DNA of 64,000 bases from Steroidobacteraceae bacterium (GCA_049518595.1 JBEKRP010000006.1:31994-95993), one strand, 5' to 3'. Positions 11,543 through 22,187 are shown, numbered from the stretch's first letter. A program made the numbers and translations. Notes: generated from the sequence alone by a model not told the origin.

Positions 11543-12652
11543 GTGGCAGCCCTGAACCTGCGCGAGCGCTACCTGCGCGAACTCGCCGCGCGCGGCTACG
11601 CGGCCGATGCGGCTCAGAGTGCCGCCATCGAGCATCTGGAGGCCTTGCACACACGGCTGCTGGCCGAAAGGAGCAAGGGGTTCTGGGCGCGGCTGCGGCA
11701 CACGCTCATGCCGAAGCGCGATGACGGGCGCGATACCCGCGGCCTGTATCTGTGGGGCGGCGTCGGCCGCGGCAAGACCTGGCTGATGGATCTGTTCTAC
11801 GACAGCCTGCCGTTGCGCGCGCGCCGCCGCAGCCATTTCCATCATTTCATGCGCGACGTGCATGAGCAGCTGCGGCAGATTGGCGCGCACCGCGAGCCGC
11901 TGGAGCTGCTCGCGCGACGCATCGCGCGGCAGACGCGGCTGCTGTGTCTCGATGAACTCTATGTCAATGACATTGCCGATGCGATGCTGCTCGGCGGGTT
12001 GTGCGAGGCATTGCTGCGCTATGAGGTCCTGCTGGTGATCACCTCGAACGTGCCACCGCGCGAGCTGTATCGCGATGGTTTACAGCGCAGCCGCTTTCTG
12101 CCGGCGATCGCCGTACTCGAGCGCGAGCTTGAGGTGCTGGCAGTCGATGGCGGTGTCGACTTCCGCTTGCGCCAACTGCGGCGCCGCCCGATCTATCTCG
12201 ACAGCCGCGCCGCCGACAGCCCCGCCCAGCTGCAAAGTCTGTTCGATGAGCTCGCCGGCGATCACGGCGCGAGCGATGCCGAGCTGCGTATTTCCGGCCG
12301 CAGGCTGCGCGCATTGCGCCGGCGCGGCGATGTGCTCTGGCTCAGCTTTGCGACGCTGTGCGAGGAGCCGCGCGGTCCGAACGATTATGCGGACATCGCG
12401 CGGGAATTTTTCACCGTACTGCTGTCCGATGTGCCTGCCTTCACAGCGCCGCAACAGGACAATGCGGCACGCCGCTTCATCGCACTTATCGATGAGTTCT
12501 ACGATCAGGGCGTCAAGCTGGTGCTGTCGGCGGCGGCGGCGCCGGCGGACTTGTACCGCGGCGAGCTGCTGCAGTTGGAATTTCGCCGCACCGCCAGCCG
12601 CCTGGTCGAGATGCAGACTGAAAGCTACCTGGCGCGACCGCGGCGCGCCTGA
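11543..12652 (+). CDS. zapE: Cell division protein ZapE (AFG1-like ATPase)
   Basis: GLYLWGGVGRGKTWLMDLFYDSLP (Walker A), LLCLDELYVNDIADAM (Walker B), ITSNVPPRELYRDGLQRSRFLPAI. The in-frame GTG at 11543 lies just after the acyltransferase stop. The 11156 start in the track overlaps the upstream gene and is rejected. Confidence 0.9.
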   Translation: MAALNLRERYLRELAARGYAADAAQSAAIEHLEALHTRLLAERSKGFWARLRHTLMPKRDDGRDTRGLYLWGGVGRGKTWLMDLFYDSLPLRARRRSHFHHFMRDVHEQLRQIGAHREPLELLARRIARQTRLLCLDELYVNDIADAMLLGGLCEALLRYEVLLVITSNVPPRELYRDGLQRSRFLPAIAVLERELEVLAVDGGVDFRLRQLRRRPIYLDSRAADSPAQLQSLFDELAGDHGASDAELRISGRRLRALRRRGDVLWLSFATLCEEPRGPNDYADIAREFFTVLLSDVPAFTAPQQDNAARRFIALIDEFYDQGVKLVLSAAAAPADLYRGELLQLEFRRTASRLVEMQTESYLARPRRA

Positions 12653-12859
12653 GCCGATGCTCGGATCACACCCCCGTAGCAGAATTCGGCAGGAACTTTC
12701 GCCGGCGGATATGTTTGCTGGTCAAAGTTTCCTAGGTAAAGTAATGCCATGACCTCGAATTCATCTCATGTTCCCGGACCGCTCGAACTGCGCGCCGCCG
12801 GCTTGGCCCAAGGCCCGCCGGCGGCACTCCCGATCAGGGCGAAGTGCTACGATTCTGTT

Positions 12860-13945
12860 ATGAGCGAACATCAGATCGTCGCGCATTTCGATATTCCCTA
12901 CCGTGCCTGCCTCGATGGCAACGGCGCACCGCTCGGTGCGCTGCCGGCATGGGTGCAAGACGGCGAGCTGCTGCGGCGCATGTACCGGATGATGGTGCGC
13001 GCCCGGGCCTTCGACACCAAGGCGGTCAATCTGCAGCGTACCGGCAAGCTCGGCACCTATCCCTCATGTCTGGGACACGAGGCCACGCATGTGGGCGTCG
13101 GTGCCGCGATGCATCCCGAGGACGTGCTGTTCACGGTCTATCGCGAGATTGGTACCAAGTTCTGGCGCGGCGTCGATCTGCTCGACATCCTGCTGTATTG
13201 GGGCGGGGATGAGCGCGGCACGCTGTATCGGCGCACGCCCCAGGATTTTCCTTTCTGCGTACCGATAGGCTCGCAAATGCCGCATGCCGCCGGCGCGGCG
13301 CTGGCGATGCAGATCCGCGACGAACGGCGCTGCGCCGTGGCCTTCATCGGCGATGGCGGTACCTCACAGGGCGCGTTCTATGAGGCGATCAATTTCGCCG
13401 GTGTCAAGTCGCTGCCGCTGGTGTGCGTCATCGTCAATAACCGCTGGGCTATATCGGTCCCGGTGGTAGCGCAGACCGCGGCCAGGACGCTGGCACAGAA
13501 GGCGATCGCCGCGGGCATTCCGGCAGCGCAAATCGACGGCAACGACCTGCTGGTGGTGCGCGAAGTGGTCGGCGAGGCGGTCGAGCGAGCGCGCAGCGGC
13601 GGCGGGCCGACGGTCATCGAAGCGCTCACCTACCGCCTGAGCGATCACACCACCTCGGACGATGCCACGCGTTACCGCAGCGCCGAGGAAGTGGCCGCTG
13701 CGCTGCGGATCGAGCCGATCGCACGCATGCGCAGATTCCTGCAATCGCGCGGACTATGGGACGAGGCCGACGAGCTGGCTCTCAAGGCCGCGTGCAGTGA
13801 AGAGGTCGATGCCGCGGTAAAGCAGTACCTGGCGACGCCGAAGCAGTCCACCGACGCTATGTTCGATTTTCTCTACGCGCAGCTGACACCCGCGCTGCGC
13901 GCCCAGCGCGAGGAGGCGCGCCGCTATGCGGCGCTGGCCCATTAG
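12860..13945 (+). CDS. 2-oxoacid (branched-chain/pyruvate type) dehydrogenase E1 alpha subunit, TPP-dependent
   Basis: TPP motif GDGGTSQGAFYEAINFAGV...VIVNN, within the E1alpha-E1beta-E2 gene order. Confidence 0.9.
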   Translation: MSEHQIVAHFDIPYRACLDGNGAPLGALPAWVQDGELLRRMYRMMVRARAFDTKAVNLQRTGKLGTYPSCLGHEATHVGVGAAMHPEDVLFTVYREIGTKFWRGVDLLDILLYWGGDERGTLYRRTPQDFPFCVPIGSQMPHAAGAALAMQIRDERRCAVAFIGDGGTSQGAFYEAINFAGVKSLPLVCVIVNNRWAISVPVVAQTAARTLAQKAIAAGIPAAQIDGNDLLVVREVVGEAVERARSGGGPTVIEALTYRLSDHTTSDDATRYRSAEEVAAALRIEPIARMRRFLQSRGLWDEADELALKAACSEEVDAAVKQYLATPKQSTDAMFDFLYAQLTPALRAQREEARRYAALAH

Positions 13946-13991
13946 GCCGCAACGCACTGGCGCAATCAGACAAGAACAAAGGACGGTTTCG

Positions 13992-14969
13992 ATGGCGAAG
14001 ATGACGATGGTCGAGGCCATCAACATGGCGCACGCCTGGGAGATGGCTCACGACCCGTCGGTCGTCGTGTTGGGGGAAGACGTCGGCACCAATGGCGGCG
14101 TGTTTCGCGCGACGGTCGGGCTGCAACAACGGTTCGGCAAGACGCGGGTTCAGGATACTCCGCTGGCCGAAGGCCTGATCGCCGGCACTGCGATCGGCAT
14201 GGCCGCGCAGGGCCTGAAGCCGGTCGCCGAGATTCAGTTCATGGGATTCATTTATCCGGCGCTGGATCAGATCGCCAGTCACATGGCGCGCCTGCGTAAC
14301 CGGACGCGCGGGCGACTGAGCTGTCCGGTGGTGCTGCGCATGCCGCATGGCGGCGGCATTCATGCGCCCGAGCACCACTCGGAGAGCCTCGAGGCGCTGC
14401 TGTGTCATCACCCTGGCCTGCGGGTCGTGTGCCCCTCGTCTCCGGCGCGTGCCTACGGGCTGCTGCTCGCGGCGATTCGCGATCCCGACCCGGTGATGTT
14501 TCTCGAGCCGGTGCGGCTGTATCGTTTCGCCAGGCAGGAAGTCCCGGACGATGGTCAGGCACTGCCGATGGGCTGCTGCTTCGTGCTGCGCGAAGGCAGC
14601 GACGTGACCATCGTGACCTGGGGCGCGATGACGGTCGACAGCCTCAAGGCCGCCGAGCAGCTGGTCGCCGACGGCGTGAGCTGTGAGGTCATCGATGCCG
14701 GCACGCTCGCGCCGATCGACTTCGATACCATCCTCGATTCGGTGGTCAAGACCGGGCGGCTCGTGATCGTGCATGAAGCATCGCGCAGCTGCGGCCTCGG
14801 GGCCGAGATCGCCGCGACGGTGAGCGAGCAGGCGCTGTACGATCTGCTGTCGCCGATTCGGCGCGTGGCTGGCTACGACACCATCATGCCGCTGTACCGG
14901 CTCGAGCATGATTATATCCCCGGGGTCGCGCGCATCGTCGATGCAATTCGTGCCACGCTGGCGGAATAG
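13992..14969 (+). CDS. 2-oxoacid dehydrogenase E1 beta subunit
   Basis: MAKMTMVEAINMA...VVVLGEDVG..GGVFR is a transketolase-like pyrimidine-binding domain plus C-terminal domain. Confidence 0.9.
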   Translation: MAKMTMVEAINMAHAWEMAHDPSVVVLGEDVGTNGGVFRATVGLQQRFGKTRVQDTPLAEGLIAGTAIGMAAQGLKPVAEIQFMGFIYPALDQIASHMARLRNRTRGRLSCPVVLRMPHGGGIHAPEHHSESLEALLCHHPGLRVVCPSSPARAYGLLLAAIRDPDPVMFLEPVRLYRFARQEVPDDGQALPMGCCFVLREGSDVTIVTWGAMTVDSLKAAEQLVADGVSCEVIDAGTLAPIDFDTILDSVVKTGRLVIVHEASRSCGLGAEIAATVSEQALYDLLSPIRRVAGYDTIMPLYRLEHDYIPGVARIVDAIRATLAE

Positions 14970-14992
14970 ATGAGGCGATGAGGGGTGCAGGC

Positions 14993-16168
14993 ATGACAGT
15001 TTTCAAGCTACCCGATCTCGGCGAAGGTTTGTCCGAAGCTGAGATCCTGCGCTGGCACGTCAAAGTCGGCGACTACATCTACGTCGATGCGCCAATGCTC
15101 TCGGTCGAGACCGCCAAGGCGGTGGTTGAAGTGCCCTCGCCCGTCAGCGGCACGATCACCGCGCTGCACGCGCAGCCCGGCGATCGCATCGAGATCGGAG
15201 CGCCGCTGATCGAATTCGCAGTCGCGAGCGGCAGCGCCGCTGCCGCCGGTGACGACTCCGGCACTGTGGTCGGACATATGCCGGGTCTGAGCGATGACGC
15301 CGCCGCCGCCGCTGCGCTCGAAGCCGCCAATGCGGTGACCGGGCCGCGCGTGCGCGCGGTGCCGGCCGCGCGCGCGCTGGCTCGAAGCCTCGGTGTCGAG
15401 ATCGGGAGCCTGACCGGCACCGGGCGCGGGGGCCTGATCACACTCGATGACGTCATGGGGGTGGGGCTACCGGCACGAAGCGCGGGCAGCAAGATGCACC
15501 CCGCGCCGTCGGCGCGGCCGCCTGCTGCCGGCGGCGACGTCGAGGTGCTGCGCAGCCTGCGTCGTGCCATGGCGCAAAGCATGTCCCTGTCGCGCGACTC
15601 GGTCATGGCATGCTCGGTATTCGACGACGCCGATCTGCATGCCTGGGGTACCGGCCGTGACTACACCACGCGCGTGCTGCGCGCCATCACGGCTGGCGTA
15701 CGCACCGAGCCCGGTTTGAACGCCTGGTTCGACGGGCAGTCGCAGAGCCGTACGCTGTTCGAGCAGATCGACGTTGGCATCGCGATCGACACCATCGATG
15801 GCCTGCTGGTGCCGGTGATCCGTCATGTGGAGAAGCGCAGTCCGGCGCAGCTGCGCGCCGAGCTCGATCGGCTCAAGCGCGCCGCACGCGATCGCACCGT
15901 GGGCAGCGAGGAGCTGCGCAATTTCACCTTCATGCTGTCGAATTTCGGCAGCATGGCCGGCCGCTACGCCACGCCGATCGTGGTGCCCCCTGCGGTCGCG
16001 ATTCTTGGCACCGGCCGCGTGCGCCGCGACGTAATCGCGACCGAGGACCGCATCGAAGTTCATTCGCGTATGCCGTTGTCGCTGACTTTCGACCATCGCG
16101 TGGTCACTGGCGGCGAAGCGGTGCGTTTTCTCGGCGGCGTGATCGCCGATCTGGAACTGCCCGAGTGA
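14993..16168 (+). CDS. Dihydrolipoamide acyltransferase (E2)
   Basis: Lipoyl domain (..VETAKAVVEVPSP..), a peripheral subunit-binding domain and a catalytic domain with the DHRVVTGG motif. Confidence 0.9.
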   Translation: MTVFKLPDLGEGLSEAEILRWHVKVGDYIYVDAPMLSVETAKAVVEVPSPVSGTITALHAQPGDRIEIGAPLIEFAVASGSAAAAGDDSGTVVGHMPGLSDDAAAAAALEAANAVTGPRVRAVPAARALARSLGVEIGSLTGTGRGGLITLDDVMGVGLPARSAGSKMHPAPSARPPAAGGDVEVLRSLRRAMAQSMSLSRDSVMACSVFDDADLHAWGTGRDYTTRVLRAITAGVRTEPGLNAWFDGQSQSRTLFEQIDVGIAIDTIDGLLVPVIRHVEKRSPAQLRAELDRLKRAARDRTVGSEELRNFTFMLSNFGSMAGRYATPIVVPPAVAILGTGRVRRDVIATEDRIEVHSRMPLSLTFDHRVVTGGEAVRFLGGVIADLELPE

Positions 16169-19100
16169 GCGCTCGAGGCTCGCAGACAGGTTCTGCGCGC
16201 CCGCAACTGACGGCCTCGCTGCTGCGTGCATGGCGCACCTCCGTGCCAGTGGAGGAGTGGCGCAGCTTCAATGAGGCGGCGCTGCGCCGCAGTTGCGCCG
16301 CGCACATCGAATTCGGGGCGCGCCGGCGCCGCCATCAGACCTTGCTGCGCGTGAGCAGCGCGCCGGCCGGCGTGGCCGCGGCCGGTGCCGCGGCCGCTTC
16401 CTATTCGGTGGTCGAACTCGTCATCGAAGACATGCCTTTCCTGGTGGACACCCTGAGCATGACACTCGCGCAACGGGGTCTATCGGTGCAGCTGATCATC
16501 CATCCGGTCCTGCGCGTGTGGCGCCAGGCTTCCGGAGCCATCCAGTCGCTGCATGCCGAGATCGAGGCCGCGAATGGCGCCGAGGGCGGGGTGCGCGAAT
16601 CCTGGCAGTATTGGCGCATCGATCGCATCGGCGACGAGGCCGAATGCAAACGGCTGCGGCGGCGCCTGCTGGCGGCACTCGCGGATGTACGACGGGCCTG
16701 CGGCGACTGGATGCGCATGCGCAACGCGGTGCTCAAGCTCTGCGCCGACATCAGCCGGCGCCCGCCGCCGCTGGCCGCGGATATGATCGCCGAGAGCCGG
16801 GCGCTGCTGCAATACATGGAAGCGCACCACTTTACCTTCATCGGCTTTCGTGAGAGCCGCCTGCGCCGGCGGCGCAATGGACCCGCGCTGGTCCCGCTGC
16901 CGGGCACCGCCCTCGGTCTGCTGCGTCGCCGCCTTCCGCCTCCGCGGGATACCGGCATCGTCACCGCCAATATCCGCCGCGCGCTGCGCTCGCCGGAGCT
17001 GCTGATCATCACCAAGGCCAACCACCGCTCGACGGTACATCGGCCCGGCTACCTCGACTACATCGGCGTCAAACGCTACGACGAGCGCGGCCGCGTGATC
17101 GGCGAGGCCCGAATCCTCGGACTGTGGAACGCCCACGCCTATACCGCCGATCCGCGCCAGGTGCCGTGGCTGCGGCACAAGCTCAAACGAGTGCTCGAGC
17201 ACTTTCCGTTCGCGGCCAACAGCCACGACGGCAAGCGCCTGTTGCACATCGTGCAAACGCTGCCGCGCGACGAACTGTTTCAGGCCAGCGTGCCGGATCT
17301 GATCCGTTGCGCACGCGCCGTGCTGCTGCTGCAGGATCGCGCGCGCGTACGGCTGATCATGCGTCGCGATGAATTTCGGCGCTTCTGGTCGTGCCTGGTA
17401 TTCATGCCACGCGAGCGCTGCGATGCCGCCGCTCAGGCCAGAGTGGAGGCGCTGGTGCGGGCGGCGTGCCACGGCGTGGAGCTGGAATCCAGTCTGGCGA
17501 TCGGCGAAGCACCACAGGCACAGCTGCACATCGTGGTGCGGGTCGATCCGGCAGGCAACCCGCGAGTCCACGCCGACCGGCTCGAGCGTGATATCGCCGC
17601 TGCGATCGTCTCATGGCGCGATCGGCTGCGTGCGGCAGTGCTGACAAGATTCGGCGAGACCCAGGCACTCGCGCTCGAACGCCGATATGCCGGCGCATTT
17701 CCGGCGTCCTATCGGCAGGACGTGGAAGCGGCGCAGGCGGTCGATGACATCGTCGATCTGGAAGGGCTCGACGCCGCCGTTGAGGCAACACAGTTGCGAC
17801 TGTATCGGCCGCCGCGGCAGCCGCATCGGCGCGTGCACCTGCGCATCATCCGCCGCGGCGAAACTCTGTCCATATCCGAAGTCCTCCCGACCTTCGAGCA
17901 TTTCGGCCTGCGCGTCATCGCCGAGCGACCCTATCGCCTCGACTGCGCGGACGGCGCCTCGGCCTGGCTGCAGGACTTTGAGCTCGAACATTACAACCTG
18001 CAGAGCGTCGCGGTTCCACGGGTGGCCCACGAGCTGATCGCGGCGTTTCGTGCCATACGCGCCGGCGAGCTAGATGACGATGGCTTCAACCGCCTGCTGA
18101 TCGCGGCCGAGCTCAGCATGCGCCAGGTGACGATGCTGCGAGCCTGTTGCCGCTATCTGCTGCAGACCGGCATTCCTTTCAGCCAGAGCTATATGGAGCG
18201 CGTGCTGGGCACGCACTCCGCCGCGGCGCGCGACCTGTGCGAATTGTTCCAGCAGCGCTTGTCGCCGAAATCAATCCGCGGCGCGCGGGCACGTGCGGTC
18301 CTGCTCGAACAACGCCTGCGCCGCGCTATCGCGGCAGTCGTCAGTCCAGATGAGGATCGCATTCTGCGTGCTTTTCTCGCGGTGATACTCGCTACGCTGC
18401 GTACCAATTACTTTCGTCGCGATGCCGCGGGCAGTCCACGTCCATGGCTGTCGTTGAAATTCGATCCCGGCAGGATCCCCGGCTTGCCGCAGCCGCGTCC
18501 GGCGTACGAGATTTTCCTGCACAGCCCGCGTGTTGAGGGCGTGCACCTGCGAGCGGGCCTGATCGCTCGCGGCGGCATTCGCTGGTCGGAGCGACCCGAG
18601 GATTTCCGCACTGAGGTTCTGGGATTGATGAAGGCGCAGCACGTCAAAAACACTCTGATCGTGCCGGTGGGCGCCAAGGGCGGATTCGTCGTGCGCCGCC
18701 TGCCGCCGCGCACCGCGCCACTGGCGCAGCAGCGGGAAGTGGTCGAATGCTACCGCAGCTTCATCCGCGGTCTGCTCGATGTCACCGACAATATCGTCGA
18801 CGGCCGGGTCGTCCCGCCGCCCGACGTCCGGCGCCTCGACGGTGATGATCCGTACCTGGTGGTCGCCGCCGATAAGGGCACGGCCACATTTTCCGACATC
18901 GCCAACGCGATCTCGGCCGAATACAGCTTCTGGCTCGGCGACGCATTTGCCTCCGGCGGCACCAAAGGCTATGACCACAAGAAGATGGCAATCACGGCCC
19001 GCGGCGCTTGGGAGTGCATTAAGCGCCATTGCCGCGAACTCGGCAGCGACATCCAGCGCGAGCCCTTCACCGTGGCCGGTATCGGCGACATGTCCGGTGA

Positions 19101-20970
19101 CGTATTCGGCAACGGCATGCTGCTGTCGCGGCACATACGGCTGGTTGCCGCCTTCAACCATCAGCACGTGTTCCTCGATCCGAAGCCCGATGCCGAGCGC
19201 GGCTACCGCGAGCGCGAGCGCCTGTTCCGGCTGCCGCACTCGGGCTGGAATGACTACAACGCACGGCTGCTGTCACGCGGCGGCGCCATCTACGAGCGCA
19301 CCGCCAAGAGCGTCACGCTGTCGCGTGAAGCCCAGGCGCTGCTGGAATTGCCGCAGCGACGTGCCAGCCCGGTGGAGATCATCCGCGCCATCCTGTGCAT
19401 GCGGGTCGATCTGCTGTGGAATGGCGGCATCGGCACTTACGTCAAGGCGTCGAGCGAGCGCCACGGCGAGATCGGCGATCGCGTCAATGACGCGGTGCGC
19501 GTCGACGGCCGCCAGGTGCGTGCCCGCGTCGTCGGTGAGGGCGGCAACCTTGGCTTCTCGCAGCGCGGCCGCATTGAATATGCCGCGGCCGGTGGACGCA
19601 TCAACACCGATTTCATCGACAATTCCGCCGGCGTCAACACCTCCGATGTCGAGGTCAATCTCAAGATTCTGCTGGATGCACCCGGTGGCACACCGGTGAC
19701 CCCCGGCCGCCGAGATCGCCTGCTCGCGGCCGCCGCCGATGAGGTCGCGGCCCTGGTGTTGCGCAACAATTATCTGCAGAGCGAGGCCTTGAGCCTGATG
19801 GAACGGCGCGCCGTCGAGGACCTTGGCGAGCATCAGCTGCTGCTGCGCTGGCTCGAGCGCCACGGCGAGATCGATCGCGCGGTCGAATTCCTGCCGACCG
19901 ACGAGGAGCTGGAGGAGCGCCGGCTGCAGGGACGCGGCCTGACACGGCCGGAGCTGGCACTGCTGTTCGCCTACGGCAAGATTGCGCTCAATCATGCGCT
20001 GACCGAGACCGGCAGCGCGGCCGATCCGTATCTGGCGCGAGAGCTCGAGCGCTACTTTCCGCAGGCCATGCAACGCCGCTTCCCCGACCGGATCAAGCAC
20101 CATCGGTTGCGCAAGCAGATCATTATCACCGCGACTACCAACAGCATCGTCAATCGCGTTGGCCCGACACTGCTGCTCCAATGCAGCGAGGTCAGCGACG
20201 CCAATGCGGCCGCGATCGCGCGCGCCTACACTATCGCGCGCGACAGCGCTGACCTGCGAACGCTGTGGTCGCAGATCGAGGCCCTCGACGGCCGCATCAA
20301 GCCGGTCGACCAATACGATGCGCTGCTCGAAACCAGCCGCTATTTGTCGCACTACACACTGTGGCTGCTGGAGCACCGCAGTGACTATGGCGCCGTGGGC
20401 GCGGCCGTGGTGCGGCTGCAGCCGGCGCTGCGCGAATTTGCCCAGGTCATGCCGGCCGCGCTCGACGGCCTGGATCGCGAGCGTTATCTGGCGCGATGCG
20501 GCCGCTACGTGAGCCAGGGACTGCCGGCGCGCCTAGCCGCGAGCCTCGCCGCACTCGAGCCGCTGCGCGTGGCGCCCGACCTGGTGGCACTCATGGCGAG
20601 CTCGCGTTCGCGCGCCCGGGCGGTGGCGCGTGCGCATTTCGGCCTCGGCGCCAGACTCGGTCTCGACTGGCTGCAAGGCGCGATCGAACAGCTGCCCGCG
20701 AGCGGCAGCTGGCAGCGCGCCGCGCAGCAGCGGCTGCAGGCCGCGGCGCTGGCGGCGCACCTGCGGATCAGCGCCGCCGTGCTGGCGGGCGACTCCGGGC
20801 GGCGCGCGTTTTCGGGGCCGGCGAGCGATCCCGCGCTTGGGCGCTGGCAGCAGGTACAGCGTGACCTGCGCGCACTGCCGGCGCCGGACCTGGCGGCCCT
20901 CACGGTTGCGGTCGAGACGCTGGGGAATCTTGCCGCCGGGCGCACGCATGATCTTACCCGTCTGCTATAA
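16165..20970 (+). CDS. gdhB: NAD-specific glutamate dehydrogenase, large (about 180 kDa) class
   Basis: About 1600 aa with the hallmark segments MPFLVDT, YLVVAADKGTATFSD.AN, GGSKGYDHK-like GGTKGYDHKKMAITARGAWE and GDMSGDVFGNGML. The start is uncertain; GTG 16165 overlaps the E2 stop as GTGA. Confidence 0.9.
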   Translation: MSARGSQTGSARPQLTASLLRAWRTSVPVEEWRSFNEAALRRSCAAHIEFGARRRRHQTLLRVSSAPAGVAAAGAAAASYSVVELVIEDMPFLVDTLSMTLAQRGLSVQLIIHPVLRVWRQASGAIQSLHAEIEAANGAEGGVRESWQYWRIDRIGDEAECKRLRRRLLAALADVRRACGDWMRMRNAVLKLCADISRRPPPLAADMIAESRALLQYMEAHHFTFIGFRESRLRRRRNGPALVPLPGTALGLLRRRLPPPRDTGIVTANIRRALRSPELLIITKANHRSTVHRPGYLDYIGVKRYDERGRVIGEARILGLWNAHAYTADPRQVPWLRHKLKRVLEHFPFAANSHDGKRLLHIVQTLPRDELFQASVPDLIRCARAVLLLQDRARVRLIMRRDEFRRFWSCLVFMPRERCDAAAQARVEALVRAACHGVELESSLAIGEAPQAQLHIVVRVDPAGNPRVHADRLERDIAAAIVSWRDRLRAAVLTRFGETQALALERRYAGAFPASYRQDVEAAQAVDDIVDLEGLDAAVEATQLRLYRPPRQPHRRVHLRIIRRGETLSISEVLPTFEHFGLRVIAERPYRLDCADGASAWLQDFELEHYNLQSVAVPRVAHELIAAFRAIRAGELDDDGFNRLLIAAELSMRQVTMLRACCRYLLQTGIPFSQSYMERVLGTHSAAARDLCELFQQRLSPKSIRGARARAVLLEQRLRRAIAAVVSPDEDRILRAFLAVILATLRTNYFRRDAAGSPRPWLSLKFDPGRIPGLPQPRPAYEIFLHSPRVEGVHLRAGLIARGGIRWSERPEDFRTEVLGLMKAQHVKNTLIVPVGAKGGFVVRRLPPRTAPLAQQREVVECYRSFIRGLLDVTDNIVDGRVVPPPDVRRLDGDDPYLVVAADKGTATFSDIANAISAEYSFWLGDAFASGGTKGYDHKKMAITARGAWECIKRHCRELGSDIQREPFTVAGIGDMSGDVFGNGMLLSRHIRLVAAFNHQHVFLDPKPDAERGYRERERLFRLPHSGWNDYNARLLSRGGAIYERTAKSVTLSREAQALLELPQRRASPVEIIRAILCMRVDLLWNGGIGTYVKASSERHGEIGDRVNDAVRVDGRQVRARVVGEGGNLGFSQRGRIEYAAAGGRINTDFIDNSAGVNTSDVEVNLKILLDAPGGTPVTPGRRDRLLAAAADEVAALVLRNNYLQSEALSLMERRAVEDLGEHQLLLRWLERHGEIDRAVEFLPTDEELEERRLQGRGLTRPELALLFAYGKIALNHALTETGSAADPYLARELERYFPQAMQRRFPDRIKHHRLRKQIIITATTNSIVNRVGPTLLLQCSEVSDANAAAIARAYTIARDSADLRTLWSQIEALDGRIKPVDQYDALLETSRYLSHYTLWLLEHRSDYGAVGAAVVRLQPALREFAQVMPAALDGLDRERYLARCGRYVSQGLPARLAASLAALEPLRVAPDLVALMASSRSRARAVARAHFGLGARLGLDWLQGAIEQLPASGSWQRAAQQRLQAAALAAHLRISAAVLAGDSGRRAFSGPASDPALGRWQQVQRDLRALPAPDLAALTVAVETLGNLAAGRTHDLTRLL

Positions 20971-21012
20971 AGCGCCTGTTTTCGGCAAACACCTAGACCG
21001 CGGGAGGGAGCC

Positions 21013-21765
21013 GTGCCTGTAAGACTCGTGCTGGTGCGCCATGGCCAGAGCATCTGGAATTTGGAGAATCTGTTTACCGGCTGGACGGATGTCGACCTCT
21101 CGGCGCAGGGCTGCGAGGAAGCCCGGCAGGCCGGCCGCGAACTCGAACGCGAAGGCATCTTGCCGGATGTCGTCTTCACTTCGGTGCTCAAGCGCGCGAT
21201 TCGCACCGAGTGGCTCATGCTCGAACAGCTCGATCTGCTGTGGCTGCCGGCGACACGCAGCTGGCGGCTCAATGAGCGCCACTATGGTGCGCTGCAAGGC
21301 CTGAACAAGGCGCAAACGGTCGAGCGCCACGGCGAGGCGCAGGTCAAGATCTGGCGGCGCAGCTACGACATCGCGCCGCCGCCGCTGAGCCTCGACGATC
21401 CGCGCCACCCGCGCTTCGACCGCCGCTACGCCGACGTCGATGCCAGCGACCTGCCTTCGACCGAGTCGCTCAAAGACACGCTGGCGCGGGTGCTGCCGTA
21501 TTGGGAGCAACGCATCGTGCCCGAACTCAAACGCGGCCGGCAGGTGCTGGTCGTCGCGCACGGCAACAGCCTGCGTGCGCTGGTCAAAATGCTGGATGGA
21601 CTGTCGGAGCAGGCGGTGGTCGAGCTGAACATTCCGACCGGCGTGCCGCTGCTGTACGAATTCGACGATGCGCTCCATCCGCGCGGCAGCCGCTATCTGG
21701 GAGATCCGGAAGCCATCCGCGCCGCCGCCGATGCGGTCAAACGGCAGACGGAAAAGCAGCCGTAG
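21013..21765 (+). CDS. gpmA: 2,3-bisphosphoglycerate-dependent phosphoglycerate mutase
   Basis: [26 protein letters not shown], ..[14 protein letters not shown].., ..AHGNSLRAL.. are the canonical dPGM motifs. Confidence 0.95.
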   Translation: MPVRLVLVRHGQSIWNLENLFTGWTDVDLSAQGCEEARQAGRELEREGILPDVVFTSVLKRAIRTEWLMLEQLDLLWLPATRSWRLNERHYGALQGLNKAQTVERHGEAQVKIWRRSYDIAPPPLSLDDPRHPRFDRRYADVDASDLPSTESLKDTLARVLPYWEQRIVPELKRGRQVLVVAHGNSLRALVKMLDGLSEQAVVELNIPTGVPLLYEFDDALHPRGSRYLGDPEAIRAAADAVKRQTEKQP

Positions 21766-21770
21766 CGCAG

Positions 21771-22187
21771 CTATTTACGCGACGGATCGGTCATCCAGCC
21801 GTCGTAGTGGCCATCGTACTGCCGCGCCAGCGCACGAAAACGCTGCGAGTAGTCCTGCATCTCAGTCACCGATATTCGCAGGTGTTTGCGCGCATGCAGC
21901 GAATAGCCGCTCGCGGCTTCGCCGGTCATGACGCGCGTGTCGATGGCGAAGCCTTCGGACTCGAGGGCGCCGCGCAGCGACGCACAGGCCGCCTCGTCCG
22001 GCAGATTGAAGAAGAAATCGACTTCGTAGGGGGTGAAGGAATTACCGCCGGCCGCGCGCAGATTCTTCACCAGCCGCGCATCCCAGTCGTCATGCGAGGA
22101 CTGCGAGCGGGCCTTGCGTAACGCCATGACGACGCGCGCGATCGCCAGCAACGCTGCCAGCACCAATAATAGATATACCCACTGCAT
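21771..22187 (-). CDS. RraB-like (regulator of RNase E activity B family) domain protein with N-terminal TM anchor
   Basis: 138 aa. It has a hydrophobic N-terminus WVYLLLVLAALLAIARVVMAL, then ..YEVDFFFNLPDEAACASL..GF... resembling the RraB/DUF695-type fold. This is a by-eye family assignment only. Confidence 0.5.
   Translation of the reverse strand: MQWVYLLLVLAALLAIARVVMALRKARSQSSHDDWDARLVKNLRAAGGNSFTPYEVDFFFNLPDEAACASLRGALESEGFAIDTRVMTGEAASGYSLHARKHLRISVTEMQDYSQRFRALARQYDGHYDGWMTDPSRK

Noticed and set aside
11156-12652. 498-aa ORF suggesting ZapE with a long N-terminal extension
   Set aside because: The first roughly 130 codons overlap the acyltransferase gene in another frame and are Arg/Pro-rich. 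ZapE homology begins right after the GTG at 11543.
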